25,092 nucleotides of DNA from a bacterium (GTDB lineage Bacteria > Muiribacteriota > UBA6191): positions 1-25,092 of the forward strand of contig JAYZAC010000016.1 in assembly GCA_036339875.1 (NCBI GenBank). The letters are read 5' to 3'. The stretch's first letter is position 1. Each line of letters begins with the position of its first letter. A model generated the notes under the pieces. That model ran no database searches and was not told the DNA's origin. It was given only the letters and a program-made list of their open reading frames with translations. The position numbers were made by a program, and so were the translations under genes. Positions 17,325-25,092 of this stretch are shown here, piece after piece.

Positions 17325-18658
17325 AAAGAATCTCCCAATCTAGCTTGCATCAACTTGAACTCCTCGTAATCCGGAATACTCTCCAACACTTGCTCTTCAG
17401 AAATAAATCCTTCGGCAATCATTCGAGTAAATTCTCTTGCAAAACTAAAACTGAAACCATCTTTAGCTGCATCTAAATAATTCTTCAGCGGCTGCCAATT
17501 GCCTTGTCTAATCATAGTTCGGGTATTGGGATTCAAACTCAAAAGTTCATATACTGCTAATTTTGAGCCTGATACTCCTTCGACAAGACGCTGATTTAGT
17601 ACGCCCATCAAGGATTGGGCAAGTCTATCTAAATAAGTAAATTGCTGATCCTTCTGATACCAAGAAGCTATTTTTTCAATAGCTTGCCTCGCCCCGCTAG
17701 CTGCAATACCACAAATGACCAAATGTCCACTCTCTGAGGCGTTTAAGATCCATTCCAATAGTTCCGGATCCGATATCGTGGTAATGAATATTATATCGCT
17801 CCCATCTCGAATCGCATGCTTTAGACCTTCAATATTATCTGCTAAGTCTGTGTCTAATTCTCTTTGTGTTATGGAAGATTGTTGATCACGAAATAAATAC
17901 TCAATTGGATCCTCGATACAGAGGATTCGACGACCATAATTTTCATTAATCCATTGAATTAGCGAAGCTGCAGTAGTACTTACTCCACTAGCTGCGGGAC
18001 CTCCTAATAGTAAAATTCCCCCTGATTCTGAATTTAGAAAATCTAATATTTTCGGAGGCACCTTAAGATCTTCAACCTTTGGTAAATCGAGAGGTATTTG
18101 CTTGAAACTAACAGCTGGTAGCCCATTTTCCCAATAAGCGAAAACCTTAAACCGAGAAATCCCAGGTAATGACAAAGAAAAACTTACTGCTTTCATTGAG
18201 TTAAATACTGAATATTGTTGTCCACTTAGAGTATTTGCAAGTCGCTCCAACATCTGCTCTTTCGTTAAAGCCACCTCATCCAGAAGTTGAATTAATTGAC
18301 CTTGACGCTTTAAGAAGGGCTTACGATGACTTTTTATATGTAAAACTTCAGATTTAGTCTCTTTGGCTTTTTCTAAAATTCTTTGAAAATCCTCTTGTCC
18401 AGATTGCTCAGCTAAATTAAGTTTTCTTTTTCCATGGCGTTCTTCAATGAGATTTAACTTATAATCGGCTTGTTTCCATATTTGAGAATCTACATTTTTA
18501 GTTCTAACTTTCTCTACTACACGCTTAAGAAAAACGAAATCCTCAGTATTCAGGTCTTCAAGTATTTCAATACTTTGATTAACCAACAACGTTAAAGCTG
18601 GTGTGAAATTACCATTAGATTCCTTCAAACATTCTTGAAACTTAATCATAAAAGCCAT
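17321..18658 (-). CDS. PilT/PilU-like protein with ~80-aa N-terminal helical extension, degenerate ATPase
   Basis: SRFKV, Walker A GPAASGVSTT (Lys to Val), ILCIEDPIEY, TQRE, ASESGHLV, NQRLV, NTRTMIRQ. Start uncertain (TTG 18682, ATG 18658 or 18649); a downstream ATG is preferred because 18682 leaves only 31 bp to the divergent gene. Confidence 0.85.
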   Translation of the reverse strand: MAFMIKFQECLKESNGNFTPALTLLVNQSIEILEDLNTEDFVFLKRVVEKVRTKNVDSQIWKQADYKLNLIEERHGKRKLNLAEQSGQEDFQRILEKAKETKSEVLHIKSHRKPFLKRQGQLIQLLDEVALTKEQMLERLANTLSGQQYSVFNSMKAVSFSLSLPGISRFKVFAYWENGLPAVSFKQIPLDLPKVEDLKVPPKILDFLNSESGGILLLGGPAASGVSTTAASLIQWINENYGRRILCIEDPIEYLFRDQQSSITQRELDTDLADNIEGLKHAIRDGSDIIFITTISDPELLEWILNASESGHLVICGIAASGARQAIEKIASWYQKDQQFTYLDRLAQSLMGVLNQRLVEGVSGSKLAVYELLSLNPNTRTMIRQGNWQPLKNYLDAAKDGFSFSFAREFTRMIAEGFISEEQVLESIPDYEEFKLMQARLGDSL

Positions 18659-18713
18659 AATACTTATCCGTAATTGTTGCAAATCAAAACAAACTCAGTA
18701 AAAATAACCAGCC

Positions 18714-19394
18714 ATGCAGAGATACCTTAATCTATCAGTAGCGAGGGCACTATTCTGTATCCTTCTATTTACCTCATATACTCATGCTAACTATTGGATA
18801 GATGCAATTCAAATAGCTAAAAATAAAGTTGCAATTATGGCACCCGGCCTATTCTCTGCAAAACTTATTCGTCACTTCGAAACTAATCCTAAAATCAAGT
18901 ACGAAATCATCATCAATCCTGAAAGTCTCCATCAACCTAAGCTGATTATCGGCAATCTTCCTGACAATGTTTCTCTAAGGGTTCTCAAAACACCTTACTT
19001 AATACCACATTGCATAATACTAATAGACTCGAAGAAGTTATTATTTGGAGGAAGTCGACTTGATGATGATAAAACTCTTAGATTCGAACCTATTTTGATC
19101 AAAGATGAAGATGAAGTGCAAAAGCAAAGAAAAAAATTTAAGGAATTGTGGAACTCTATCGATGCTGTTAAAAACGCTTCTAGATTGTCAGAACATTCAA
19201 ATACTCTTCAAAATAAAACAATTTCGGTCTATTCAGATCAGTATGAGTTTGTAGCTAGTAGAAAATCAAAAGTTTTTCACAAATACGAAAGCCCAATTGC
19301 TAAACGTATTAAACCGCACAATCGTATCTATTTTAATTCATGGCAAGAAGCTCTGGAATCAGGTAGAAAACCATCTAAACAAATCAATAATTGA
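18714..19394 (+). CDS. Exported protein: degenerate PLD/Nuc-like domain plus C-terminal Ada-Zn-binding-like domain lacking Cys
   Basis: Signal peptide ending YTHA; PHCIILIDSKKLLFGGS..F-ELW aligns to HxKxxxxD-x6-GSxN..F..LW; C-terminus FVASRKSKVFH...AKRIKPHNRIYFNSWQEALESGRKP. Confidence 0.62.
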   Translation: MQRYLNLSVARALFCILLFTSYTHANYWIDAIQIAKNKVAIMAPGLFSAKLIRHFETNPKIKYEIIINPESLHQPKLIIGNLPDNVSLRVLKTPYLIPHCIILIDSKKLLFGGSRLDDDKTLRFEPILIKDEDEVQKQRKKFKELWNSIDAVKNASRLSEHSNTLQNKTISVYSDQYEFVASRKSKVFHKYESPIAKRIKPHNRIYFNSWQEALESGRKPSKQINN

Positions 19395-19415
19395 ATAAAT
19401 TAACAATTAAATAAA

Positions 19416-20489
19416 ATGAATCCATCCACCATTAAAAATATTCTAATTGTCCGATTGGGAGCCATCGGCGATGTTGTACAAACATTACCCACCTTAAAAC
19501 AATTACAATTAAATTTTCCTAAAGCTAATATTTACTGGGCAATAGAAAAAAAATCCTATCCAATTCTTGAGCATCAAAAAGGAGTAAATTTTCTTATTTT
19601 TCCGAAAGAAAAAATTAAAAATTTTAATGTATTTTCTGTAGGTTGGCATGCCCATAAATTCAGGAAAAAAATGCAATCAATCGGATTTGATTTAGCAGTA
19701 GACCTTCAGGGACTATTCAAATCCGGCTGGATTATTGGAAATTCAGGAGCTCGGAGAAAAGTAGGATTTAATCCGGCCAATACTCGGGAAGGATCTCATA
19801 TTTTTTTAAATGAATGGCTTCCGAAAATAAATCCTAAAAAAATGCATAGAGTCGATTATTACCAGCGAATAATTACCTATTTAGGAGGCCAACTCCATAA
19901 AAATGAAGACCCCTTCAGCCTTGATTTTACCGATCTAGAATTAAGCAATGTCCGGAATTTAATGCATCGATTGAGAGTAAAAAAACCTGTGGTTCTTAAC
20001 CTTGGTGCGAGTAAAGCTAGTAAAAGATGGCCCGCTGAATACTTCAGTAATTTAGTAACTATGATCGCCAACAAATATCCAAAGAAAAATATACTATTAA
20101 CTGGAAGCGGTAAGCAAGATGAGCTTTGGGCCCAGAAAATTCTTGCCTCAGTTAAACCTGGTATCTGCGAATCCGCAGTTTCTCGAACAAGTTTGCGAGA
20201 ATTGGCTTTAATAGTTAAGAATTCTCAAGCCCTAATATCATGCGATAGTTTGGCGTTGCATTTAGGAAGTGCATTTAAGGTTCCGAGTGTAGGACTCTTT
20301 GGTGGTTCCTCACTTACCGTAACAGAGACTGGACCATACTACACCGCGGATTCAATTGGTCTTTATACTCCATTATTATGTTTCCCTTGCCGTAAAAAAG
20401 TCTGTGCTCATCATACATGCATGAACGAACTCTCTGCTTCTAGAGTTTATTCAGAGCTGATACGATTGATAGATAATTCTTCGAGTTAG
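19416..20489 (+). CDS. Glycosyltransferase family 9, LPS heptosyltransferase (WaaC/WaaF-like)
   Basis: ILIVRLGAIGDVV, DLQGLFKSG, GAS--SKRWP, TSLREL, CDS---HL, C-terminal CFPC-C-HTCM. Confidence 0.92.
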   Translation: MNPSTIKNILIVRLGAIGDVVQTLPTLKQLQLNFPKANIYWAIEKKSYPILEHQKGVNFLIFPKEKIKNFNVFSVGWHAHKFRKKMQSIGFDLAVDLQGLFKSGWIIGNSGARRKVGFNPANTREGSHIFLNEWLPKINPKKMHRVDYYQRIITYLGGQLHKNEDPFSLDFTDLELSNVRNLMHRLRVKKPVVLNLGASKASKRWPAEYFSNLVTMIANKYPKKNILLTGSGKQDELWAQKILASVKPGICESAVSRTSLRELALIVKNSQALISCDSLALHLGSAFKVPSVGLFGGSSLTVTETGPYYTADSIGLYTPLLCFPCRKKVCAHHTCMNELSASRVYSELIRLIDNSSS

Positions 20490-20502
20490 ATGAAATTTTG
20501 AG

Positions 20503-20538
20503 TAAAAAGTAGCTTTTTATGTGCGCTTTTTAAGCGCA
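20503..20538. repeat. Two adjacent perfect 7-3-7 inverted repeats in the GT9-FHA intergenic region
   Basis: TAAAAAG-TAG-CTTTTTA (20503-20519) and TGCGCTT-TTT-AAGCGCA (20522-20538). Confidence 0.55.
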
Positions 20539-20582
20539 TTAGCTGCGACATTATCCCCCTTTGAGTTACAATATAGAAATAT

Positions 20583-21776
20583 ATGGCTACTCGATTGTTA
20601 TTTCATATTCGCGGAATCAGACTACATTTCACGCGTGAATTTCTCGTAAAAGAGGGAGAAGTACTACGTATCGGTAGGATTGATACTAATGACCTAGTCA
20701 TCAAAGATCAAAGAATTTCAAGATGTCATTTGGAGCTTCAATGGCGTGGTGGCCGATTCGTAGTACGTGACCTAAACTCGAAATACGGAACTTTTTTACA
20801 TAACGAATCTATGAAGGAAGCCTTTGTATGGGATACACAAGAAGTGTTAGGAGTGGGTGATACTGAAATCTACTATGAGCCACTAGAAGCTACTGAGGCA
20901 GCAGATTTATCGAGTGACTATAGTGTGACGGAAATTCAAAATAAAAGCTTAATCTCGGGCGTCGACAGCTGGGCTGAATCATTAAATTTCTACCTAGATC
21001 AGGATTTAACTCCTTTTAAAAGAAAAAGAGAAATGCGTGCTCCTGATCAAATGGTCAGGTTGTTACTACGCACCTTATTCGTACCTTTTGTAATACTATT
21101 TGGGCTATTCATAGCATTTCCCACATTCTTATCCTGTATGATTACTTTAGGATATGCAGGAGTAGCATTAGTGCTCAGTAATAGCTTGCTAGCTAAAACC
21201 GCGCGGTATGATCAATTTTCGCTCCCTATAACTACTTCAATTTATAAAATGCACAAGCGCATATTAATGAAGATCAATCGTCTCGATGATACTGATCGAG
21301 GACTACTAGGCAACATCGGTGAAGAGATTAACAAATTTGTCCATAATCGCTTACCACGCATGGAAAAAGATATCTACACCCTCAATCAAAGTATGACGCC
21401 CGGGATGAGTGGTAGATTAGATAGAAAACTAGAAGCGATGCAGAGAAAACTAGAAGAAGCTGATGACCCCATTATCATCAAGCAACTTCAACGTTCAATA
21501 AATATCATGGACAAGCAGATTCATTTACACAAACGAATAAAAAATCTTCTAATGAGTCTTGTCCTTAAATTAGAAGACTTTAAGAGTCAGCTTGAAATCC
21601 TAGAAGGTACTATAGTTGCCCAAGGCTTCCATGAAGTGCCCGTTGAATTTACCAATCATTTTATCGAGCTTCAGCGAGATATTGATGAGTTTTACGAAGA
21701 ATACAACCGTTTAGATCAAATACAACGCTTAGAAGAAGGTGAGGAGATCTTAAATAATTCAGGCGCCAGTACCTGA
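20583..21776 (+). CDS. FHA-domain membrane protein with TM hairpin and C-terminal coiled coil
   Basis: FHA motifs IGR, ISRCH, DLNSKYGTF; hydrophobic segments at about aa 160-203; heptad-rich C-terminal half. Confidence 0.85.
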   Translation: MATRLLFHIRGIRLHFTREFLVKEGEVLRIGRIDTNDLVIKDQRISRCHLELQWRGGRFVVRDLNSKYGTFLHNESMKEAFVWDTQEVLGVGDTEIYYEPLEATEAADLSSDYSVTEIQNKSLISGVDSWAESLNFYLDQDLTPFKRKREMRAPDQMVRLLLRTLFVPFVILFGLFIAFPTFLSCMITLGYAGVALVLSNSLLAKTARYDQFSLPITTSIYKMHKRILMKINRLDDTDRGLLGNIGEEINKFVHNRLPRMEKDIYTLNQSMTPGMSGRLDRKLEAMQRKLEEADDPIIIKQLQRSINIMDKQIHLHKRIKNLLMSLVLKLEDFKSQLEILEGTIVAQGFHEVPVEFTNHFIELQRDIDEFYEEYNRLDQIQRLEEGEEILNNSGAST

Positions 21777-21796
21777 TTGCATCTTGAAAGGAAGAT

Positions 21797-23137
21797 TTAC
21801 TCCCCGACACCGTTGAACTTAAAACCCTCCACCTTCATTGCTGGAACACGGTTCCTGCCCATTCCTCGAAGTGACCAAGTTTGCTTGGATAAAGAAACTA
21901 CGTTATTAAATATTTGTGGGATTGTTTCGTTGTAGCGAAGGTTTTTCAAACCACTCACGACTTTGCCGTTTTCAATTAAAAAAGTTCCATCGCGAGTCAT
22001 TCCAGTAAGACTTAATTTTCCAGGATCAATGACGTTGTCATAGAAGAAACGCGTTATTAAAATTCCGCGCTTCGTTTCTCGTATCATACTCTCTATATCG
22101 CTTTCTCCCGGAGATAAAGCTAGATTCAGTGGTATAGGACCCGATGTACTTGGATAAGCCAGAGCATGACCTGTACTTGTAAAATTTCTACCTAGCTTTT
22201 GTGCTGTCACAGTATCGAGAACAGGTTGCATAAAAACCCCTTTACTCATAAGTTCTACACAATGTCTTTTGCGACCTTCCATATCAAATGGACAGCCAAA
22301 ACTTTCAGATTGAAAAGCGTTATCCGTAATTGATATCTTTTCATCAAATAGCTTTTGTCCTTGCTTGTTGCTGAAATAAGACCGACCCTCAATAAATGGC
22401 ATACCACCAAAACCTAAATATGCTAAAAATCTTAGTAGACTAGCCACCGCTGGAGGCTCCAGAATGACGGTATACTCGCCTTCTGAAATAGTTTTCGGAG
22501 ATTCACTGGCTAAAGCTTTCTCGAGTGCAACTTCATACAACCTATTTGGATTAATATCTTTTAGCTTGTGGGAGTGAAATTCAGCCCATCCTGTACCACC
22601 TTTGGGTGTCATAATTGAGAATGTAAAAGAAGCCTCGGTATGAACATGATAGTGAAAGCAGTCTTTTGTATTACCCAATGCCTTCATTTGATCTCCGTGT
22701 GAAAAAGCTCCTGCAATCTCAACACCTTTAGATTTTGCATCTTCAAAAATTTTACCAAGTTTAGATAGTTTATCTTCGAAACAAGCGTCTACGGTCTCTT
22801 TGGAGTAAAAATTTTCGTCAATAATACTTTCATTTGAGCCACAAAAACCTGGCCAGCTAGGATCATTATCTTGATGAGAAGCAATTAACTCAGCTTTCTC
22901 AGCAGTTTCTTTTAATTGATCACCGTCAAATCTATTACAGCTAGAATTTCCGACCCTCTTTCCATCAGCAACCTGAATTTTTACCGAATATTCTTTACCT
23001 AAGATATTCTGATATACCTCGTTTTTACCAATACGAGCTAGTTGACTTTTACCACCTGTAATAATCACTTGAGCCTCTTTAGAGCTATGACTAAGTGCGC
23101 GCCGAACTAATTGTTTAGTATTACCTAAAGAAATCAT
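21797..23137 (-). CDS. tldE: TldE/PmbA family non-catalytic subunit
   Basis: GEYTVILEPPAV, PFDMEG, STGHA, RGILITRF, LTGMTRDG-FLIENG, NLRY; no HExxxH; ATGA-coupled to tldD. Confidence 0.88.
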   Translation of the reverse strand: MISLGNTKQLVRRALSHSSKEAQVIITGGKSQLARIGKNEVYQNILGKEYSVKIQVADGKRVGNSSCNRFDGDQLKETAEKAELIASHQDNDPSWPGFCGSNESIIDENFYSKETVDACFEDKLSKLGKIFEDAKSKGVEIAGAFSHGDQMKALGNTKDCFHYHVHTEASFTFSIMTPKGGTGWAEFHSHKLKDINPNRLYEVALEKALASESPKTISEGEYTVILEPPAVASLLRFLAYLGFGGMPFIEGRSYFSNKQGQKLFDEKISITDNAFQSESFGCPFDMEGRKRHCVELMSKGVFMQPVLDTVTAQKLGRNFTSTGHALAYPSTSGPIPLNLALSPGESDIESMIRETKRGILITRFFYDNVIDPGKLSLTGMTRDGTFLIENGKVVSGLKNLRYNETIPQIFNNVVSLSKQTWSLRGMGRNRVPAMKVEGFKFNGVGE

Positions 23138-24579
23138 TTCGAAACCCCCACTCGGACTTCCTTAAATTTAGCATATGAAACTCCGTGACCTACTCTCATA
23201 ACCTGCATTGGTTGACCTTTACCGCAATGTGGTGTCCCCCAAACATGCCACTCATCTTGATTAGCCACACCTTCACAATTTCCCCAGAAATTTGGAGTTA
23301 TACCTGTGTAAGTTGGATACTTGACCATATCAGTGATTTTTCCTTTTTCAATCATCCAACCAATTTCTGTGGCAAATTGAAAATTCCATCGACGATCATC
23401 AATCGACCAAGAAGAGTTATCCTCCATTAAAATCCCACGCTGTGTAGAACTAATTAGCTCATCCAAGGTCTCATCACCTGATGCTAAATGTATGTTAGTC
23501 ATTCTTACAATTGGTACATTTTTCCAACCCTGTGCACGAGCTGCTCCGTTACTTAAACCATTTTCAAAAATTGCACTATCTCTAGACTTCAAATAACCGA
23601 CAAATTGACCTTCACGAACTAATTCCGTATTTGTACACGGAACACCCTCATCATCGTACTTAGCACTTCCAATAGCTTCCGGCGTTGTACCATCTTGATA
23701 AAGATTTACCTTCTCAGACCCATAAGTAAAATTCTTCCACTTATCTAGAGTCAAAAATGAGGTCCCGGCAAAGTTTGCTTCATAACCAAGTACTCTATCT
23801 AATTCCACTGCATGTCCACAGCTTTCATGTACTTGCAATACCAACTGACTTTTACCAATAATTAAATCCATCTTTTCACTAGGACAAAGCTTTGCTCTAT
23901 GAAGTTGAACTACTTCTGTCGCTAATTTTGGTGCCATTTCTCTCAAATTCATTGATTCAATGACCTCATAGCCGCCCATCTGATGATTACCCCTAAAACT
24001 TGAGGGATAAGATCTAGAATGCACTTCATTACCATTTAGAGACATACAACTGATACCAGCTCCGGACTGCAATACTTTCTGTTCAATTTCACTACCTTCC
24101 GTGTCCATGTAAAAACGTTTTTCACGCATAAAGTCCATACTACCTTTGGTGATACAAACTCCATCTACCATTGACATAACATTACTGCAGTCAATTAAAA
24201 GTCTTAATTTCTGTTCAAGATCTATTTCGAAAGGATCTCTGTGAAAAAGTGACGACCAATTATCTGTAACTTTTGGTTTATCAACTAATTTTACGATAGA
24301 GCTATTGACCTTAGCTGATGCCTTAGCCAAATCTACTGCGCGCTGGACAGTCTTAAACATTCTCTCAGGGTCATCTAAGTCTGGATTTGAGGCAAATCCC
24401 CAAGCTCCATCATAAAGAACTCGAACTCCAATTCCCCAGTCAACATGACAGTCTACACCTAATACTGAACCATTTTTGACAGAAATAGACTCTGTTTCTA
24501 AATGTGAAAATCGGACATCAGCATAGTTTGCACCCAAGTCTGATGCGTGTTCCAATGCTTTCCTCAAGATATCTTTCAT
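23134..24579 (-). CDS. tldD: TldD metalloprotease subunit
   Basis: YADVR, GIGVRVL--GAWGFA, HESCGH (HExxxH), YDDEGV, PIVRMTN, CGKGQP. ATG 24579 has GGAG 6 nt upstream and is preferred over GTG 24603. Confidence 0.93.
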   Translation of the reverse strand: MKDILRKALEHASDLGANYADVRFSHLETESISVKNGSVLGVDCHVDWGIGVRVLYDGAWGFASNPDLDDPERMFKTVQRAVDLAKASAKVNSSIVKLVDKPKVTDNWSSLFHRDPFEIDLEQKLRLLIDCSNVMSMVDGVCITKGSMDFMREKRFYMDTEGSEIEQKVLQSGAGISCMSLNGNEVHSRSYPSSFRGNHQMGGYEVIESMNLREMAPKLATEVVQLHRAKLCPSEKMDLIIGKSQLVLQVHESCGHAVELDRVLGYEANFAGTSFLTLDKWKNFTYGSEKVNLYQDGTTPEAIGSAKYDDEGVPCTNTELVREGQFVGYLKSRDSAIFENGLSNGAARAQGWKNVPIVRMTNIHLASGDETLDELISSTQRGILMEDNSSWSIDDRRWNFQFATEIGWMIEKGKITDMVKYPTYTGITPNFWGNCEGVANQDEWHVWGTPHCGKGQPMQVMRVGHGVSYAKFKEVRVGVSK

Positions 24580-24615
24580 GGCATTCTCCAATTGACTTTT
24601 CACGAACCTCGGTCA

Positions 24616-24644
24616 ACATTACACATTAAGTAAAGACTTATCAA
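24616..24644 (-). promoter_or_regulatory. Putative sigma70 promoter of tldD-tldE
   Basis: TTGATA (24644-24639) - 17 bp - TAATGT (24621-24616). Confidence 0.5.
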
Positions 24645-24756
24645 ATAGAAAATTATTCTGTAAAAATATACTTGTGTAAAGATTGTAGTAGGCTTCACCA
24701 TAGTCCATTTTGGGAATAGACTTGACGTTTTTTGCAAATAAGCTGATCTTTAATAT

Positions 24757-24984
24757 ATGAGTATGAGCAGACTAAATTCAGATAAATCAAGTGCTAACTT
24801 ATACATCATAGTCATGAAAAGTGGATATATTCACTATTATGGAAACCCCAACAAACCTTTCCATGTCTTTCAAAATCGCATAGAGGCCGAAAGTTATATA
24901 CACAACCATAGTCTTGGACATCTATGGACGACTACCGAGGCTACGCAAGAGATTTTAGCGGATTATTTCACAGGCAGTATTTAA
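24757..24984 (+). CDS. Small hypothetical protein (75 aa)
   Basis: Only ORF filling this gap; protein-like composition; TTGACG at 24722-24727 upstream. No family recognised. Confidence 0.5.
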   Translation: MSMSRLNSDKSSANLYIIVMKSGYIHYYGNPNKPFHVFQNRIEAESYIHNHSLGHLWTTTEATQEILADYFTGSI

Positions 24985-24994
24985 ACACACCTTC

Positions 24995-25092
24995 CTACAG
25001 CGACTCATGCAAAGAGCGCGGTTCGCCCTCATGCTCTTTAGGCATTGGCAAAAACTGCTGCTGCTGAGCCATAATTGTCATCATCCTGTATA
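24995..25092 (-). CDS. Possible 3' end of a gene entering from the right edge
   Basis: Open minus frame ...YRMMTIMAQQQQFLPMPKEHEGEPRSLHESL, TAG at 24997-24995, converging 10 bp from the previous stop. Confidence 0.35.
   Translation of the reverse strand, partial: YRMMTIMAQQQQFLPMPKEHEGEPRSLHESL

Noticed and set aside
16293..18682. Calling the PilT-like genes pseudogenes
   Set aside because: Both frames are full-length and coupled, with no stops or frameshifts.
19877..23430. ORFs 19877..20074(-) and 23185..23430(+)
   Set aside because: Antisense shadows of the GT9 and tldD genes.
21797..24984. tldD/tldE plus the 75-aa ORF as a RiPP (microcin-like) cluster
   Set aside because: No YcaO, radical SAM or other modifying enzyme; the small ORF lacks a Gly/Ser/Cys-rich core.
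25007..25046. Stem-loop (AAAGAGC...GCTCTTT) as terminator or ncRNA
   Set aside because: Imperfect, no U-tract, and probably within the 3' end of an incoming minus-strand CDS.
1..25092. CRISPR array, rRNA/tRNA, IS element or recoded stop codons
   Set aside because: Intergenic gaps are all short (about 150 bp or less) with no such patterns; TAA, TAG and TGA all end full-length genes.

Overview
AT-rich (roughly 35-40% GC by eye), densely coding chromosomal window from a diderm bacterium (LPS heptosyltransferase; NiSOD suggests oxygen exposure). Taxonomy cannot be assigned from this sequence. Left to right: a PilX/GspK-like prepilin gene missed by the ORF track (1..1281, minus, runs off the edge); archaeal-type valS plus a coupled acidic orphan; sodN-sodX; a minus-strand run of ligA, an NTD-less DnaB-like ATPase, a TPR protein and a heterodimeric ABC exporter; an orphan family-5 solute-binding protein; a secreted double-psi-barrel protein; two coupled PilT-like proteins with eroded ATPase motifs; a secreted degenerate PLD plus Cys-less Ada-like protein; a GT9 heptosyltransferase; an FHA-TM-coiled-coil protein; and tldD-tldE. 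No rRNA, tRNA, CRISPR or mobile element was seen. The two best candidates for undescribed systems are (1) ligA + motor-only DnaB-like ATPase + TPR protein with an Hda-type beta-clamp motif (QLVFDL), and (2) the tandem pseudo-PilT pair flanked by a putative wall-remodelling protein and a putative inactive DNA-binding periplasmic protein. All family calls come from manual motif recognition, not database searches.
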